IMG/VR virus record: IMGVR_UViG_3300043464_002284
Span: 124,001 to 188,000 of that record
Direction: 5' to 3' (one strand)
Length of the DNA: 64,000 bases
Positions 1 through 10,237 of the stretch are shown piece by piece. Position 1 is the stretch's first letter; each line of letters opens with the position of its first letter. Both the position numbers and the translations under genes were made by a program. The notes beneath the pieces were generated by a model that saw only the letters and a list, made by a program, of their open reading frames with translations, was not told where the DNA came from and searched no databases.

Positions 1-491
1 GCTAATTTTGGAATATCTCTGTCACTTTCAGGTTTCTCGTATTCTCTATCTACTTGTTTTTGTAGTTTTTCTGTTTCTGCTATGTGTCTCTTACGTTCTT
101 TCATGCTTCTATTAATTAGTATGTCTATGGTAATAAATTGCTTTATTTGCAGTTCTTCTGCTGGTAGAACGTCTTCTCTAAACTGCTTAATAAGTCCTAT
201 CCATGTGTCTTCAAAATATCTTAGTTCCCCAGTGTCTTCATCAAATTGTCTGAGGATTTCTTGCCAGAAGGTTTTAGAGTGTAGCTTTCTGCGCAGTGTC
301 TCGTCATCATTCTTGTCTTCGTCAGAAACTAAGAGTCTATTCTCTTCTATATATCTTTGAATAGGAGGAGGATTTCGATTAAGAGACGACGCAATCTCAG
401 CCACAGAGAGAGTCTCAAAATGTTCTCTTATGAACTGTTCTTCGTCGAGACTTAATTGTCCTCGTTTTCTTGGTACTCGTTTAGATTCCAC
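1..491 (-). CDS. Hypothetical protein, truncated by window edge; N-terminal HTH-like segment
   Basis: Not in ORF track. GTG at 491 opens a frame (MESKRVPRKRGQLSLDEEQFIREHFETLSVAEIASSLNRN...) that runs off position 1 and overlaps the sigma gene end. Confidence 0.7.
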   Translation of the reverse strand, partial: MESKRVPRKRGQLSLDEEQFIREHFETLSVAEIASSLNRNPPPIQRYIEENRLLVSDEDKNDDETLRRKLHSKTFWQEILRQFDEDTGELRYFEDTWIGLIKQFREDVLPAEELQIKQFITIDILINRSMKERKRHIAETEKLQKQVDREYEKPESDRDIPKL

Positions 492-1150
492 TGGTTATCC
501 TTTAATAGTTCTTGAATGTGTTTTTGAAGCTTAACTAATTGTTGTTTAGGAATTTTGGTTCCATGTTTCAGTTTTAAGTAACTCTCACGAAATTCTGCTT
601 GTATGTTCTGATCTAGGAATTTAATGATTTCTTGGTTCTGTATATTAATAAATAGTTTGTCTTTAATCAAAGACTGATGAATATTTTCTTGATCGTTAAT
701 ATACGAGGGTTGCATAATATTCTTTTTAGAATCATTACGGGTTGCCCAAGCAGCATATAGTTCACAATCCTGTTTATTAGTAAATTTGGAGCATTGATTA
801 GATGAGCACTTGTATGTTTTATCAAAAAGAGGACAGGTCAAGCATGGCTTATCTGGTCTTTGATAGTTATTCCTCTTGTAATTAAAAAGACGATTTCTTA
901 CGTGTGTCCATAAAAAATTCTCTAGTGGTCTTTTATGGTCGTATCTTTCAAGGCCTTCCAAAGCAAAAATCGCTGCTTGCTGTTTCATATCATCGAAATC
1001 ATGGTATCCGAATTTAAACTTATTCGCTAATCTTCTACTTATATTATCTAGTACGATTAAAAATTCTTCTTCTGAAACACCATGTAAATTAGGGATATTC
1101 TTTTTGCTTTTCTTAGTCCTTATTTGTATCTTCTTCTTCTTGTTTGGCAT
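452..1150 (-). CDS. Phage RNA polymerase sigma factor (sigma-70 region 2-like) with a Cys-rich insert
   Basis: DFDDMKQQAAIFALEGLERYD...LENFLWTHVRNRLFNYKR matches the sigma region 2 pattern; followed by CLTCP...C...C...C. Confidence 0.72.
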   Translation of the reverse strand: MPNKKKKIQIRTKKSKKNIPNLHGVSEEEFLIVLDNISRRLANKFKFGYHDFDDMKQQAAIFALEGLERYDHKRPLENFLWTHVRNRLFNYKRNNYQRPDKPCLTCPLFDKTYKCSSNQCSKFTNKQDCELYAAWATRNDSKKNIMQPSYINDQENIHQSLIKDKLFINIQNQEIIKFLDQNIQAEFRESYLKLKHGTKIPKQQLVKLQKHIQELLKDNQWNLNEYQENEDN

Positions 1151-1271
1151 CTATTAGTTCTGCTATTGTTTTGGTTTGAACACATTCAAAGTCCGCCGAT
1201 ACGTCCTGTATGCTGCCAACAGCTTTGACTTCCAATATGGAGTCTGTAATATTAATTTCAGGATTTATCAT
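1113..1271 (-). CDS. Small hypothetical protein
   Basis: GGAGAAAAT RBS before ATG at 1271; coupled to the sigma gene. Confidence 0.55.
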   Translation of the reverse strand: MINPEINITDSILEVKAVGSIQDVSADFECVQTKTIAELIDAKQEEEDTNKD

Positions 1272-1359
1272 ATTTTCTCCTTGCACAAAACTTGTCAATA
1301 TGTAGTATAATAGAGTTATATAGTCTTTAGTCAATATTTACACCAAAAGGAACCATTTT

Positions 1360-1593
1360 ATGGCTAATTATAAAAAGTGGACAGACGCTGAATTAAAGTT
1401 CATTAACGAAAACCAAAAACTTCTTAGCGATGACGAATTGGCCAATAAACTTAGCCAAATGACTGGTCAAAATGTTACTACAAGCATGATTCGTAGACAA
1501 AGACGAAAGCTAGGAATTAAGAAGGCTAAGGGTCGAAGGCCTAAGATTAGGGTTGTTGAAAGTCCTGAGGAAAATAACACACAGAATGTTTGA
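1360..1593 (+). CDS. Small Myb/HTH-like DNA-binding protein
   Basis: KKWTDAELKFI...SDDELANKL...TSMIRRQRRKLG three-helix pattern; basic tail; RBS and downstream terminator. Confidence 0.55.
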   Translation: MANYKKWTDAELKFINENQKLLSDDELANKLSQMTGQNVTTSMIRRQRRKLGIKKAKGRRPKIRVVESPEENNTQNV

Positions 1594-1625
1594 CTTACTA
1601 ATAATGGTGAATAAATAATAAATTA

Positions 1626-1655
1626 GGGATAGCCGTAGTGGGCTGTCCCTTTTTT
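1626..1655 (+). terminator. Intrinsic terminator
   Basis: GGGATAGCC/GGCTGTCCC stem followed by T6. Confidence 0.75.
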
Positions 1656-2013
1656 ATTGAACGTTCTTTAAGCCTCGTGTAAAAACAAACCTGCGACCAG
1701 AACCAGAAGAAGACGCAGAAGAAAATCCCATTCTTTCTTGTTTGGTATGTTGAGTTGAAGATGTGTCTATTACAACCCTATTTGGATTGTGTATGTTCGG
1801 TCTTGCTTTATTTATCAATCCTATAAAAGATGTATCTTCTATAGATGGATAGACAGAATCGATATGTTCTTTGTGTTGTTTTGGGGCCCATGTAATAGTA
1901 TCTAATAATTGAATTTCAATGTATGGATAGATTAGCACTGGAATTTGATATAATCCATTATGAAATTGATAAAGAATACGGTGTCCGTAATTATAGTAAG
2001 CTGAATTATTCAT
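1654..2013 (-). CDS. Hypothetical protein
   Basis: ORF continuing the minus-strand run. Confidence 0.5.
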   Translation of the reverse strand: MNNSAYYNYGHRILYQFHNGLYQIPVLIYPYIEIQLLDTITWAPKQHKEHIDSVYPSIEDTSFIGLINKARPNIHNPNRVVIDTSSTQHTKQERMGFSSASSSGSGRRFVFTRGLKNVQ

Positions 2014-2026
2014 AAATATTTCTATA

Positions 2027-3535
2027 TTAATATGGGTAGTTTACTTGACCTGGAATAAATTTACCATCATCTATAACAATTATGTCTCTTGGGGTAGGTG
2101 TTTCTTTAGAAATCTTAAGTATTGGAAAATTGGTCATCGGAACGCCAAAATTAGCATTAAGAGTAAGATTGTTTTTGATTGAAGACGGAATACTCGTATT
2201 AATCATTTGAGCCATGTTTACTGTGGTAGATAAATTACCTTGTATAAAATTAGATCTTGATGGAGTACTGGAATCTGGAACACCAGCTTTAGGAATCCTT
2301 GATCCGTCGTGTTTCATGAACGAACCGTCTGGTAAAAATACTCCATCTGAGTAATTTAATTGTCCATCATTGTCGGATCCTGTCTCGGGACCGCCAGGAC
2401 CGCCAGGACCGCCGCCTGGACCGCCGGGACCACCACCCCCATCGGGGCCTGGATCACATGTCCAGCTTATATCAGAATCACCAAGACCAGCATCATCTAA
2501 AGCATAAGCAAAAGCGTCCCAGCTTGCTGCTCCTATAAAGGCTGCTATAGCTGGAATCTTTCTTAAACACGGACTAACTGTTTTGGCGAGACGTCCTCCA
2601 TTTTTACGGAGTTCGTCAAATAGTTTTCCAACTGGACTAAGCGGATTAAGTTTTAATTTACCGTCTATAATAGTTTTATCAAATGTTTGTTTTATAGTTT
2701 TCATATTATTTAAATATGTATCATAAGTTGTTTTTGACATTCTAGATAAAGATGGATCACTTGGGGGTTTAAAAGCTGGTGTCATTTTACCAGTAACTGG
2801 ATCAAATGTTGTTTTGTCAAAATCTATAATGTCTATAGTTGAAGGATAAGCACCATTTTTAATTAGGGCTTCAAGAAAATTAGCCTTATCTGTAGGGTTA
2901 AGTTTTGTTACATCAATCATATTTTGGTTATTTTTAAAACCAGTTAAAAATGCCGTTAGGCTTATACCAGCAACTGCTGTAGCATCTACGTAAGTGGTAT
3001 CTGTAACATCTGTACATTTAGACTCTTCTCCACCAGAACATTCCCATGAAATATCATAGCTAAAATTAGCAGCAGCTGCTGTTGAACAATCTGCAGAATT
3101 ATCTATTCCGCTAAGATCAGGAGCAGGAGGAGCAGGAGCAGGACCTAAGCCTCCTCGACCTGAACACTCAGCAATGAAATACTCATAGGCTTCTTCTTCT
3201 GTTTGAAAAGAGTTTTGATTACAAGGACGACTATATTCACAATCAGGAATGCAAATGTAGTTATTTTCATGGCAATTCTGGCAATATCCGTCACCGCAGC
3301 AATCACTATTTCCACTACATCCATAGCATATTACTGCCCATGGTCCTTTATATCCATTATTTACACAAGAACAAGTAGGAAGAACTTCCGGCGTACATAC
3401 TGTGCGAGTAGTAGTAATAGGACATTGAGGAGGACTAAATCCTCCACCAGAGTCCGAACAAGAACCGCTACCTCCTGCAGGTTGAATTGAGGTTGGTGGT
3501 TTAATATAAGGATTATCAAATGGTGATATTGGCAT
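2027..3535 (-). CDS. Cys-rich, Gly/Pro-repeat protein, possibly virion-associated
   Basis: N-terminal ~170 aa has many Cys; GGPGGP linker; lies next to a structural-type gene. Confidence 0.4.
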   Translation of the reverse strand: MPISPFDNPYIKPPTSIQPAGGSGSCSDSGGGFSPPQCPITTTRTVCTPEVLPTCSCVNNGYKGPWAVICYGCSGNSDCCGDGYCQNCHENNYICIPDCEYSRPCNQNSFQTEEEAYEYFIAECSGRGGLGPAPAPPAPDLSGIDNSADCSTAAAANFSYDISWECSGGEESKCTDVTDTTYVDATAVAGISLTAFLTGFKNNQNMIDVTKLNPTDKANFLEALIKNGAYPSTIDIIDFDKTTFDPVTGKMTPAFKPPSDPSLSRMSKTTYDTYLNNMKTIKQTFDKTIIDGKLKLNPLSPVGKLFDELRKNGGRLAKTVSPCLRKIPAIAAFIGAASWDAFAYALDDAGLGDSDISWTCDPGPDGGGGPGGPGGGPGGPGGPETGSDNDGQLNYSDGVFLPDGSFMKHDGSRIPKAGVPDSSTPSRSNFIQGNLSTTVNMAQMINTSIPSSIKNNLTLNANFGVPMTNFPILKISKETPTPRDIIVIDDGKFIPGQVNYPY

Positions 3536-3543
3536 AATGTGTC

Positions 3544-4341
3544 CTATTCTAAAGGATCGCCTAATGAAAAGTTATTAATGAATATATAGTTTTTTTTGTT
3601 AGATATGTCATCATGAATTGTCATAAACTTATTTAGTATTGTTTGTCTTTTTCTTGGATCTGGTATAACTTCTTCATGTATATAAGGATCCATAGAAACT
3701 TGAAGAGATAGTCCTGTTGGTTGTGGATTAGATGATCCTTGATTAGAAATAACTATGTTGCGTATTATTCCAGATCCTGTAACCCTATTAAGTGTTTGAT
3801 ATCCAGCACCAATCGAAGTTAAATCTACATAAGTTATAGAAAATTTATCGTTAGATGATATAACTGCAGATGAGTTACCATTAAGAGAAACATAAGGAAG
3901 ACTTGAAGTAGAATTAAGATCCAGAGGTGGTGATAAAACCTCGTAATCTGATATTGATCCATTAATACCAGTACTTGTGATAATAAAATCACCAATAGTA
4001 TTTCCACTATGCATTATATCAAAAGCTTGATAAGCAGAATATCCTGATCCTGGATTATTAATACTAAATGAAGCCTTACTAGGAGTAAACCAAGGCTTAG
4101 CTGTTGCTACAATCCCGCTGGGATGTTCTGGTGATGGTAATGTTGTTGTTGTACTCTTACTATAATTTATTCCAGAGTTAACTACCTTAATTCCTAAGAT
4201 AGAAACAAACTGAGGATCAATACTTAGTCTGATATAATCAAAATATTTATTAGAGTTTTCTGGTCTATGAGCATGTAAACCACTTAACTGTCTATTACGA
4301 ATCAAGCCACTAATAGAAAATTTATTACTGTTATCAGCCAT
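3544..4341 (-). CDS. Putative virion structural (tail/baseplate-type) protein
   Basis: Repeated V/I-x-N-x-G-x-(G/N)-Y beta motifs (VVNSGINYS, INNPGSGYS, LTSIGAGY, ISNQGS) typical of myovirus structural proteins. Confidence 0.5.
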   Translation of the reverse strand: MADNSNKFSISGLIRNRQLSGLHAHRPENSNKYFDYIRLSIDPQFVSILGIKVVNSGINYSKSTTTTLPSPEHPSGIVATAKPWFTPSKASFSINNPGSGYSAYQAFDIMHSGNTIGDFIITSTGINGSISDYEVLSPPLDLNSTSSLPYVSLNGNSSAVISSNDKFSITYVDLTSIGAGYQTLNRVTGSGIIRNIVISNQGSSNPQPTGLSLQVSMDPYIHEEVIPDPRKRQTILNKFMTIHDDISNKKNYIFINNFSLGDPLE

Positions 4342-4547
4342 TATAGGTTTCCTCTAGTAATTCTAATGAGTTGTATTTCATTAAAATATACCCCAAAATA
4401 AGCATAATAAGCTTAAAACTTTATGCTATTCTAAAAAAGTAAGTATAATTTTATATATACACTATTTGTTTTTTTAAAAAGAAGATTTGACCTGAGACGC
4501 CGACGAGTTACAATAAAAATGTTATGTCACCAATCCTGGAGAAAATC

Positions 4548-4859
4548 ATGAAAAACCTACTATGTTCTTTAATGCTATTATTTATGCTGGCTAACTTAGC
4601 TTCTGCTCAATATCCAGTAGTTACTCAAGCATGGGTTCCTATGATGGTTAATACAACCCAATATGTTCCTTACAATTATGCTGTAACTAATTACTATACT
4701 ACTATGGTTCCGGTTAATGTTCCAACGGTTCAATACTATCAAGCTCCATTGTATCGACCAGTATCTGAGGTAACTCCTTATGCTCAAACTTACTTTCCTT
4801 CATGTCGTTGGAATAGACCAACTTATTACAACTATCAGTATTATCCTTATCGGTATTGA
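4548..4859 (+). CDS. Small secreted Tyr/Pro-rich protein (planctomycete-like)
   Basis: Signal peptide MKNLLCSLMLLFMLANLASA; GGAG RBS; Y/P/V-rich low-complexity body. Confidence 0.6.
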   Translation: MKNLLCSLMLLFMLANLASAQYPVVTQAWVPMMVNTTQYVPYNYAVTNYYTTMVPVNVPTVQYYQAPLYRPVSEVTPYAQTYFPSCRWNRPTYYNYQYYPYRY

Positions 4860-4865
4860 AAAACT

Positions 4866-6677
4866 ATGTGTGGTATAGTTGCTTACAAAGGCAAGCAGAA
4901 ATGCTTGTCTTTTTTGCTTGATGGACTTCAAGCTCTGGAATATAGAGGTTATGATAGTGCGGGCGTATGCTATTTGGTGAACCAAACTTTAATAAATGTC
5001 AAACAGACTGGTAGCGTTGAAGATTTAAAAAAGGCCGTTAAAAACCCCGATATCGAAGCCTACAGCGGTATTGGCCACACAAGATGGGCAACACACGGAA
5101 AGCCCTGCAAAAGAAATTCTCATCCTCATCTGACCAGTGACAATAAATTGGCCATAATCCACAATGGCATTATTGAAAATTACCAAGAGTTAAAGGATAG
5201 TCTGGAAAAAAAGTATAAATTCAAAAGCGACACTGATTCTGAGGTGCTGTTGTATCAAATATATGAATTTGTGCAGGAAGGAAAGGATATTTTAACGAGC
5301 GTCAAATGCGCTCTTAGGAAAATTGTCGGGGCCTTTGCTATAGTGGTAATGGGGGAAAGCGGTCAAATGATAGTGGCTCGAAAGGGAAGTCCTTTGGTGA
5401 TAGGATTGGGGGTAAATGAAATAATGGTAGGGAGTGATAGTGGGGCTTTTGGCGATAGGGCAAGTTTGGGGCTTGTATATTTAAAAGATAATAGTGTAGG
5501 GGAAATTACGGATAAGCTAACGGTATATGATTTGCATAACAATATAGAAACTGATTATGAAATTGAGCAGGTATATAATAATAGTTTGAGGGTGGAAAAG
5601 GGATCTTATGACAGTTTCATGCTTAAAGAGATTTTTGAGCAACCAAGAGTGATTGATGATTGTTTGAGGGGGCGACTTGATGGATATCGCATTAAATTGG
5701 GGGGATTGATTGGCTATGAGAATATATTTAAAAAGGCAAAGCATATAACCATAGTGAGTTGTGGGTCAAGTTGGCATTCTTCTTTGATTGCAAAATATTA
5801 TATTGAGGAATTTTGTAAGATTAAAGTTAGTGTAGAGTATGCTAGTGAGTTCCGATATCGAAAGCCATGTATTGAGAAGGGGGATATTGTTATTGGGGTT
5901 AGTCAAAGTGGGGAAACCGCAGATACTATTAGTGCTTTAGAAATAGCAAAAATATATGGGGCGATTATTGTGGGGATTTGTAATGTTCCTAATTCTACCA
6001 TAGCAAGAATGAGTGATTGCGGAATTTATTTACGGGCGGGTGTGGAAGTGGGGGTGGCTAGTACTAAGGCTTTTACTAATCAGGTGGTGGTTTTGTTGAT
6101 GTTAAGTTTGTGGATTGAGCAGAATGTTGGGATTATGGGTTTGGATCACAGAAAAAGAATAATAGATGATTTGAGGGAGTTGCCGGATTTGACTGAGCAA
6201 TGTTTGAGGTGCTATGAGAACGTGGAGTTTTTAGCAGAGAGTATGGTTGGTATGACTAATTGCTTGTTTTTGGGGCGTGGATATAATTTTCCAATAGCTC
6301 TTGAGGGGGCTCTTAAGTTAAAAGAGATAAGTTATGTTCATGCTGAGGGATATCCTGCGGCAGAAATGAAACATGGGCCTATTGCTTTGATAGATAAAAA
6401 TATGCCGGTGATTGTTCTTGCTAATAATCTGGGGCAGTATGGAAAGATGGTAAATAATGTTAGTGAAATAATAGCACGAGATGGTAAGGTGATAAGCATA
6501 TTTTCTGAAAATGCTGGGTTGGGAGATTATAAAATAAGGGTTCCTGTGGTATCTGATGCTTTGAGTCCGTTGATGGGAATAGTTCCTTTGCAGTTATTTT
6601 CTTACTACTCGGCAGTTTTGAGGGGCAAAAATGTTGATAAGCCAAGGAATTTAGCTAAAAGCGTTACTGTCGAATAA
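4866..6677 (+). CDS. glmS: Glutamine--fructose-6-phosphate aminotransferase (isomerizing)
   Basis: MCGIV N-terminal Cys, LEYRGYDSAG, GHTRWATHG, HNGIIENY, SQSGETADT, LKLKEISY, KPRNLAKSVTVE. Confidence 0.98.
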   Translation: MCGIVAYKGKQKCLSFLLDGLQALEYRGYDSAGVCYLVNQTLINVKQTGSVEDLKKAVKNPDIEAYSGIGHTRWATHGKPCKRNSHPHLTSDNKLAIIHNGIIENYQELKDSLEKKYKFKSDTDSEVLLYQIYEFVQEGKDILTSVKCALRKIVGAFAIVVMGESGQMIVARKGSPLVIGLGVNEIMVGSDSGAFGDRASLGLVYLKDNSVGEITDKLTVYDLHNNIETDYEIEQVYNNSLRVEKGSYDSFMLKEIFEQPRVIDDCLRGRLDGYRIKLGGLIGYENIFKKAKHITIVSCGSSWHSSLIAKYYIEEFCKIKVSVEYASEFRYRKPCIEKGDIVIGVSQSGETADTISALEIAKIYGAIIVGICNVPNSTIARMSDCGIYLRAGVEVGVASTKAFTNQVVVLLMLSLWIEQNVGIMGLDHRKRIIDDLRELPDLTEQCLRCYENVEFLAESMVGMTNCLFLGRGYNFPIALEGALKLKEISYVHAEGYPAAEMKHGPIALIDKNMPVIVLANNLGQYGKMVNNVSEIIARDGKVISIFSENAGLGDYKIRVPVVSDALSPLMGIVPLQLFSYYSAVLRGKNVDKPRNLAKSVTVE

Positions 6678-6774
6678 TTAAATTTTCTATTGATTTTTCA
6701 AATTCTTCTACTAAGATTCGTAAAGGTGTAGGAACGCACGATTTAATCCTTTCTCTATTTAGGTAGGACACCAA

Positions 6775-8385
6775 ATGAAAAAAGCATGGAAGTTAACTGG
6801 TCCAGAGTCTCTAGAAAATAAAACATTATTATCAATAACTCCTAATGATCCTAAATTTAACGATCAATGGGGTTTGCAAAGTATATCGGTCCAACAAGCA
6901 TGGCAATATGGCACAGGATCTAAGGATATTGTTGTTGCTGTAATTGATAGTGGTATTGATTTAACTAATCAAGATTTAAAGAATAATTTATGGGTTAATC
7001 CTGGAGAGATAGCAGGCGACGGAATAGATAATGAGAACAATGGATATATAGACGATGTTAATGGGTGGAATTTTGCCAATAATAATAATGATGTTCAGGA
7101 CCGATACGGACATGGAACTCATGTGGCTGGCATAATTGGTGCAGAAGGGGATAATGGTTTGGGGGTCACGGGGATTAATTGGAATGTAAGTTTGATGGCT
7201 TTAAAGTTTATGGATGATAAGGGTGTGGGTGATACCGGTGGAGCTATACGAGCCATGGATTATATAGGTATGATGAAGAATACTTATGGAGTAAATGTGG
7301 TGGTGGCTAATGCTAGTTGGGGAGGTCTTACTGGTTTTAGTAATATGTTATATGGGGCTATTAATAGATTGAATGATGTTGGGGTGGTGCTGACTGTGGC
7401 TGCTGGTAATAGTGGTAGCGATAATGATATTACTCTTAGATATCCTAGCTGTTATGATAGCGATAATATAATTAGTGTGGGAGCTTTGAGTAAATATGAT
7501 GGGGTGAGTTTGGTTGGCTTTTCTAATTATGGAGCGTCCACTGTGGATCTTGCTGCTCCTGGTAGCATGATACTATCTACGATTCCATATAATAATTATG
7601 GATACTTGAGCGGAACCAGTATGGCGGCTCCTATGGTTGCTGGAGCGGTTGCCTTATTGAAGTCTATTAAGTCTAGTCTAACTGTATCAGAAGTTAAAGC
7701 TGCTATTTTTGGATCAGTAGATAAAATTCCGGAACTATTTGGAAAGGTGGCAACAGGAGGAAAGTTGAACGTGGGGGCAGCCATGGCTAATGTATTGGGG
7801 GTTCCTTATGACGGAAACATATTACCAACAGGAGCCATAACGAGTCAGAATTTAAGAAATATTAGTGGATGGGCCAAAGATCTTAACTTTCCAAACTCTA
7901 GTATTCATGTGAGACTAATAATAGATGGTGCAGATAGCGGGTTGGTATGGACTGGGGTTGGTGGGTCATTTGTTTTTAATCTGGGTGGTCTGACAATAGG
8001 GGAGCATGTTATAAGCGTTGAGGCTAGAGACTCTCAAACAGGATCTTGGACCTCTGTAGCATCATCTAAAGTTACTATTCCTCCTCCGATTGTTAGAGTG
8101 GGATATCTAAGATTAGATAGAGTTGCTGGATGGGCTTTTAGTGAAAGATCAGGAGCTTCTCCGGTTCTTGTTAGAGTAGTTATTAATGGAAGAATAGTAT
8201 CTGGTCGGTGGGCTAACTTGTATAGACCAGCGCTAATTCCGGTGGTTGGTAGCTCCAGACACGGATTTAATATTCCGTTGAATAGAAACTGGTTTCATAA
8301 AGGAGCTAATAACATGACGATTCAAGTTTATGATCCAATATCGAAGCAGGTTTCAATAGCTTGGGAGAGAACCATAAATAAATAA
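6775..8385 (+). CDS. Subtilisin-like S8 serine peptidase with C-terminal Ig-like domains
   Basis: Catalytic triad motifs VAVIDSG, HGTHVAG, GTSMAAP; oxyanion AAGN. Confidence 0.95.
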   Translation: MKKAWKLTGPESLENKTLLSITPNDPKFNDQWGLQSISVQQAWQYGTGSKDIVVAVIDSGIDLTNQDLKNNLWVNPGEIAGDGIDNENNGYIDDVNGWNFANNNNDVQDRYGHGTHVAGIIGAEGDNGLGVTGINWNVSLMALKFMDDKGVGDTGGAIRAMDYIGMMKNTYGVNVVVANASWGGLTGFSNMLYGAINRLNDVGVVLTVAAGNSGSDNDITLRYPSCYDSDNIISVGALSKYDGVSLVGFSNYGASTVDLAAPGSMILSTIPYNNYGYLSGTSMAAPMVAGAVALLKSIKSSLTVSEVKAAIFGSVDKIPELFGKVATGGKLNVGAAMANVLGVPYDGNILPTGAITSQNLRNISGWAKDLNFPNSSIHVRLIIDGADSGLVWTGVGGSFVFNLGGLTIGEHVISVEARDSQTGSWTSVASSKVTIPPPIVRVGYLRLDRVAGWAFSERSGASPVLVRVVINGRIVSGRWANLYRPALIPVVGSSRHGFNIPLNRNWFHKGANNMTIQVYDPISKQVSIAWERTINK

Positions 8386-8420
8386 TAAGTGGCTATTAAA
8401 CTGGCCAATTATTTTATAGG

Positions 8421-8454
8421 GGCCGGTATTGTTTATGGACCACCCGGCCTTTTT
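8421..8454 (+). terminator. Probable intrinsic terminator
   Basis: GGCCGG...CCGGCC stem plus T5 after the S8 gene. Confidence 0.55.
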
Positions 8455-8496
8455 CAGCAAAAAAGCCTGAGAGCTTAGTAAAACAGAAAAACCCCC

Positions 8497-8575
8497 TAAG
8501 TCTATATCCCATAAGGACTTATGACGAGTATCGGATGCCCGTATTTGACGTAAGTCCTTTGTTGTAAGGTACTTA
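8497..8575. repeat. Double-palindrome element 1 (period 54)
   Basis: Palindromes start at 8497 and 8551. Confidence 0.85.
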
Positions 8576-8614
8576 GGCAAGTCTGCGAGTCTGGCATGAC
8601 ATTTGCTGCTCAAA

Positions 8615-8632
8615 CCTTACGAAAATGTAAGG
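8615..8632. promoter_or_regulatory. CCTTAC-N6-GTAAGG palindrome upstream of -35 boxes (also at 9039, 10200, 12369, 14500)
   Basis: Five copies, each about 11-22 bp upstream of a TTGCAA/TTGACR hexamer. Confidence 0.7.
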
Positions 8633-8643
8633 AAATTTTCTGC

Positions 8644-8678
8644 TTGCAAGCAAAGTTTGGGTTGGTATAATGTCGATA
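8644..8678 (+). promoter_or_regulatory. Sigma70-type promoter with GTCGATA right after the -10
   Basis: TTGCAA-16-TATAAT-GTCGATA; same layout at 9068, 11253, 14528. Confidence 0.7.
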
Positions 8679-8710
8679 TGAAGAATAAGAGAAAGAAAAG
8701 AGGAAAAAAG

Positions 8711-9037
8711 ATGGAAAATCTGAATTACGATCTGGTTTCTGACTGCTGTGGTGCTGGTTGTGCTTTTGAGACCGGTGAGGGTAAGGATAAAATCGGGATT
8801 TGCATGGATTGCAAGGAATGGTGTGGTGTGGTAGAAGATATTCCGGAAGATGAGGATATGGTGAAAGCATTGAAAGATAATTCCATGACGATGGAAGAAT
8901 ATGATAGCCTGCCCGATTACATCCCCGGTCTTGACGACGGAGAGGGTTGGGACCCCATTATGGGGGATGCTGAAGATCATATCGAAACGGATGATCAGTG
9001 GCTCGACGATTTCTGTGGCGAAGAGGATTTTGCCTGA
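8711..9037 (+). CDS. Acidic hypothetical protein with CC/CxxC motifs
   Basis: SDCCGA...CMDCKEWC then D/E-rich tail; promoter and RBS upstream. Confidence 0.7.
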   Translation: MENLNYDLVSDCCGAGCAFETGEGKDKIGICMDCKEWCGVVEDIPEDEDMVKALKDNSMTMEEYDSLPDYIPGLDDGEGWDPIMGDAEDHIETDDQWLDDFCGEEDFA

Positions 9038-9132
9038 ACCTTACGAAATTGTAAGGAAACTTTCCGCTTGCAACCTACAGAATACTCTGTATAATGTCGA
9101 TATAAGAACAAGAGAACGATAAAGAAAAGGGA

Positions 9133-9381
9133 ATGAAAATGATCACCATCAACAATCGCGACGAACTGAACAACCTCCTCTATGGTGCTGATTCGACCAG
9201 CCCCGAAACTTTGGTTGGAATCGCTCGTATCGGCGGCGAGTTGCTCGCTGAGGCTTTCCACTATTACGAACTGAGCGACGGGACCGCTTCCATCGGAGAT
9301 TTCTTTCCCTGCGGCGATGAGGGTGAGGGGATCAATGTTGATCGCGACGGAAACATTCTTAGCGATTTTCTCTACTACTGA
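9133..9381 (+). CDS. Acidic hypothetical protein
   Basis: Promoter and RBS upstream. Confidence 0.65.
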   Translation: MKMITINNRDELNNLLYGADSTSPETLVGIARIGGELLAEAFHYYELSDGTASIGDFFPCGDEGEGINVDRDGNILSDFLYY

Positions 9382-9412
9382 ACAATGTACAGTAGTGTAC
9401 AATGATTCGACG

Positions 9413-9490
9413 TAAAGCCTTATGCTATAAGGACTTACGACAAATCCGGCCCGCCCCTTTTGACGTAACTCCTTGATGCGTATATACTTA
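9413..9490. repeat. Double-palindrome element 2 (core inverted)
   Basis: Starts 9413/9466; core CCGGCCCGCCCC. Confidence 0.9.
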
Positions 9491-10117
9491 CAGCAAATAT
9501 AAAAAATATTATGTTTGGCATGAAATTATATTTCAAAAATCCAAAGATTTCCCTTGCAACGGTCGATACATACTGTATAATGAAAGCACAAGAGAACGAT
9601 AGGACAAAGGAAAAGAAAATGACCAACGTATCTTTCGACATGGTGATGGCTGGCGTTCGACAGGTGTTCGGCAAGGAATCGTATCGTGTTCGGGTCGTCC
9701 ACTCTGGTGCATATACGAAAGTCGAATCGAAGGATATGTTTCACTCTGTAACGATCAAGTCGAATGAGACGATCATGGAAAAGCTGAATGAGCTGTTCTA
9801 TGATGTGGTGTGTGAGGATTGTGCGTCGGGCATCTAGGCTTGACAACACCATAGCGTATACGGTATAATAGAACCAACACAAGAAAGAAAAGGAAAAAGA
9901 TGTTTCAGACCAACTATAAAACTGTGACGAATAACCTTGACAAGCTTTTCTCTGCTATGCGAGCTGGTAAGTATCACTGCGTGCTCGACCCAAGGGGTAA
10001 CGCTCATGTGGGCCTTATCAATGGTATCATGCGTGAAGATGGTAGCGGAAAGAATTGGATCGTAATAGTGACCAACCGTACAGTAAGCGAAAAGGTCTTC
10101 ATTCACGCCTCATGACC

Positions 10118-10195
10118 TAAAGCCTTACCCTATAAACACTTAGGGCGAGGCCGGGCGCCCGCATCTGATGTAAGTCCTTATCTCATATAGGCTTA
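10118..10195. repeat. Double-palindrome element 3
   Basis: Starts 10118/10171. Confidence 0.9.
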
Positions 10196-10237
10196 TGAAC
10201 CTTACGATATTGTAAGGAAGAAAACTATTGCTAGAGC

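Noticed and set aside
2390-2445. Tandem GGACCGCCA-like repeats
   Set aside because: They encode the GGP linker of the 502-aa protein; ordinary coding low-complexity sequence.
4700-4866. glmS ribozyme upstream of glmS
   Set aside because: The upstream DNA is coding and ends 6 nt before the start codon; no ribozyme core is visible.
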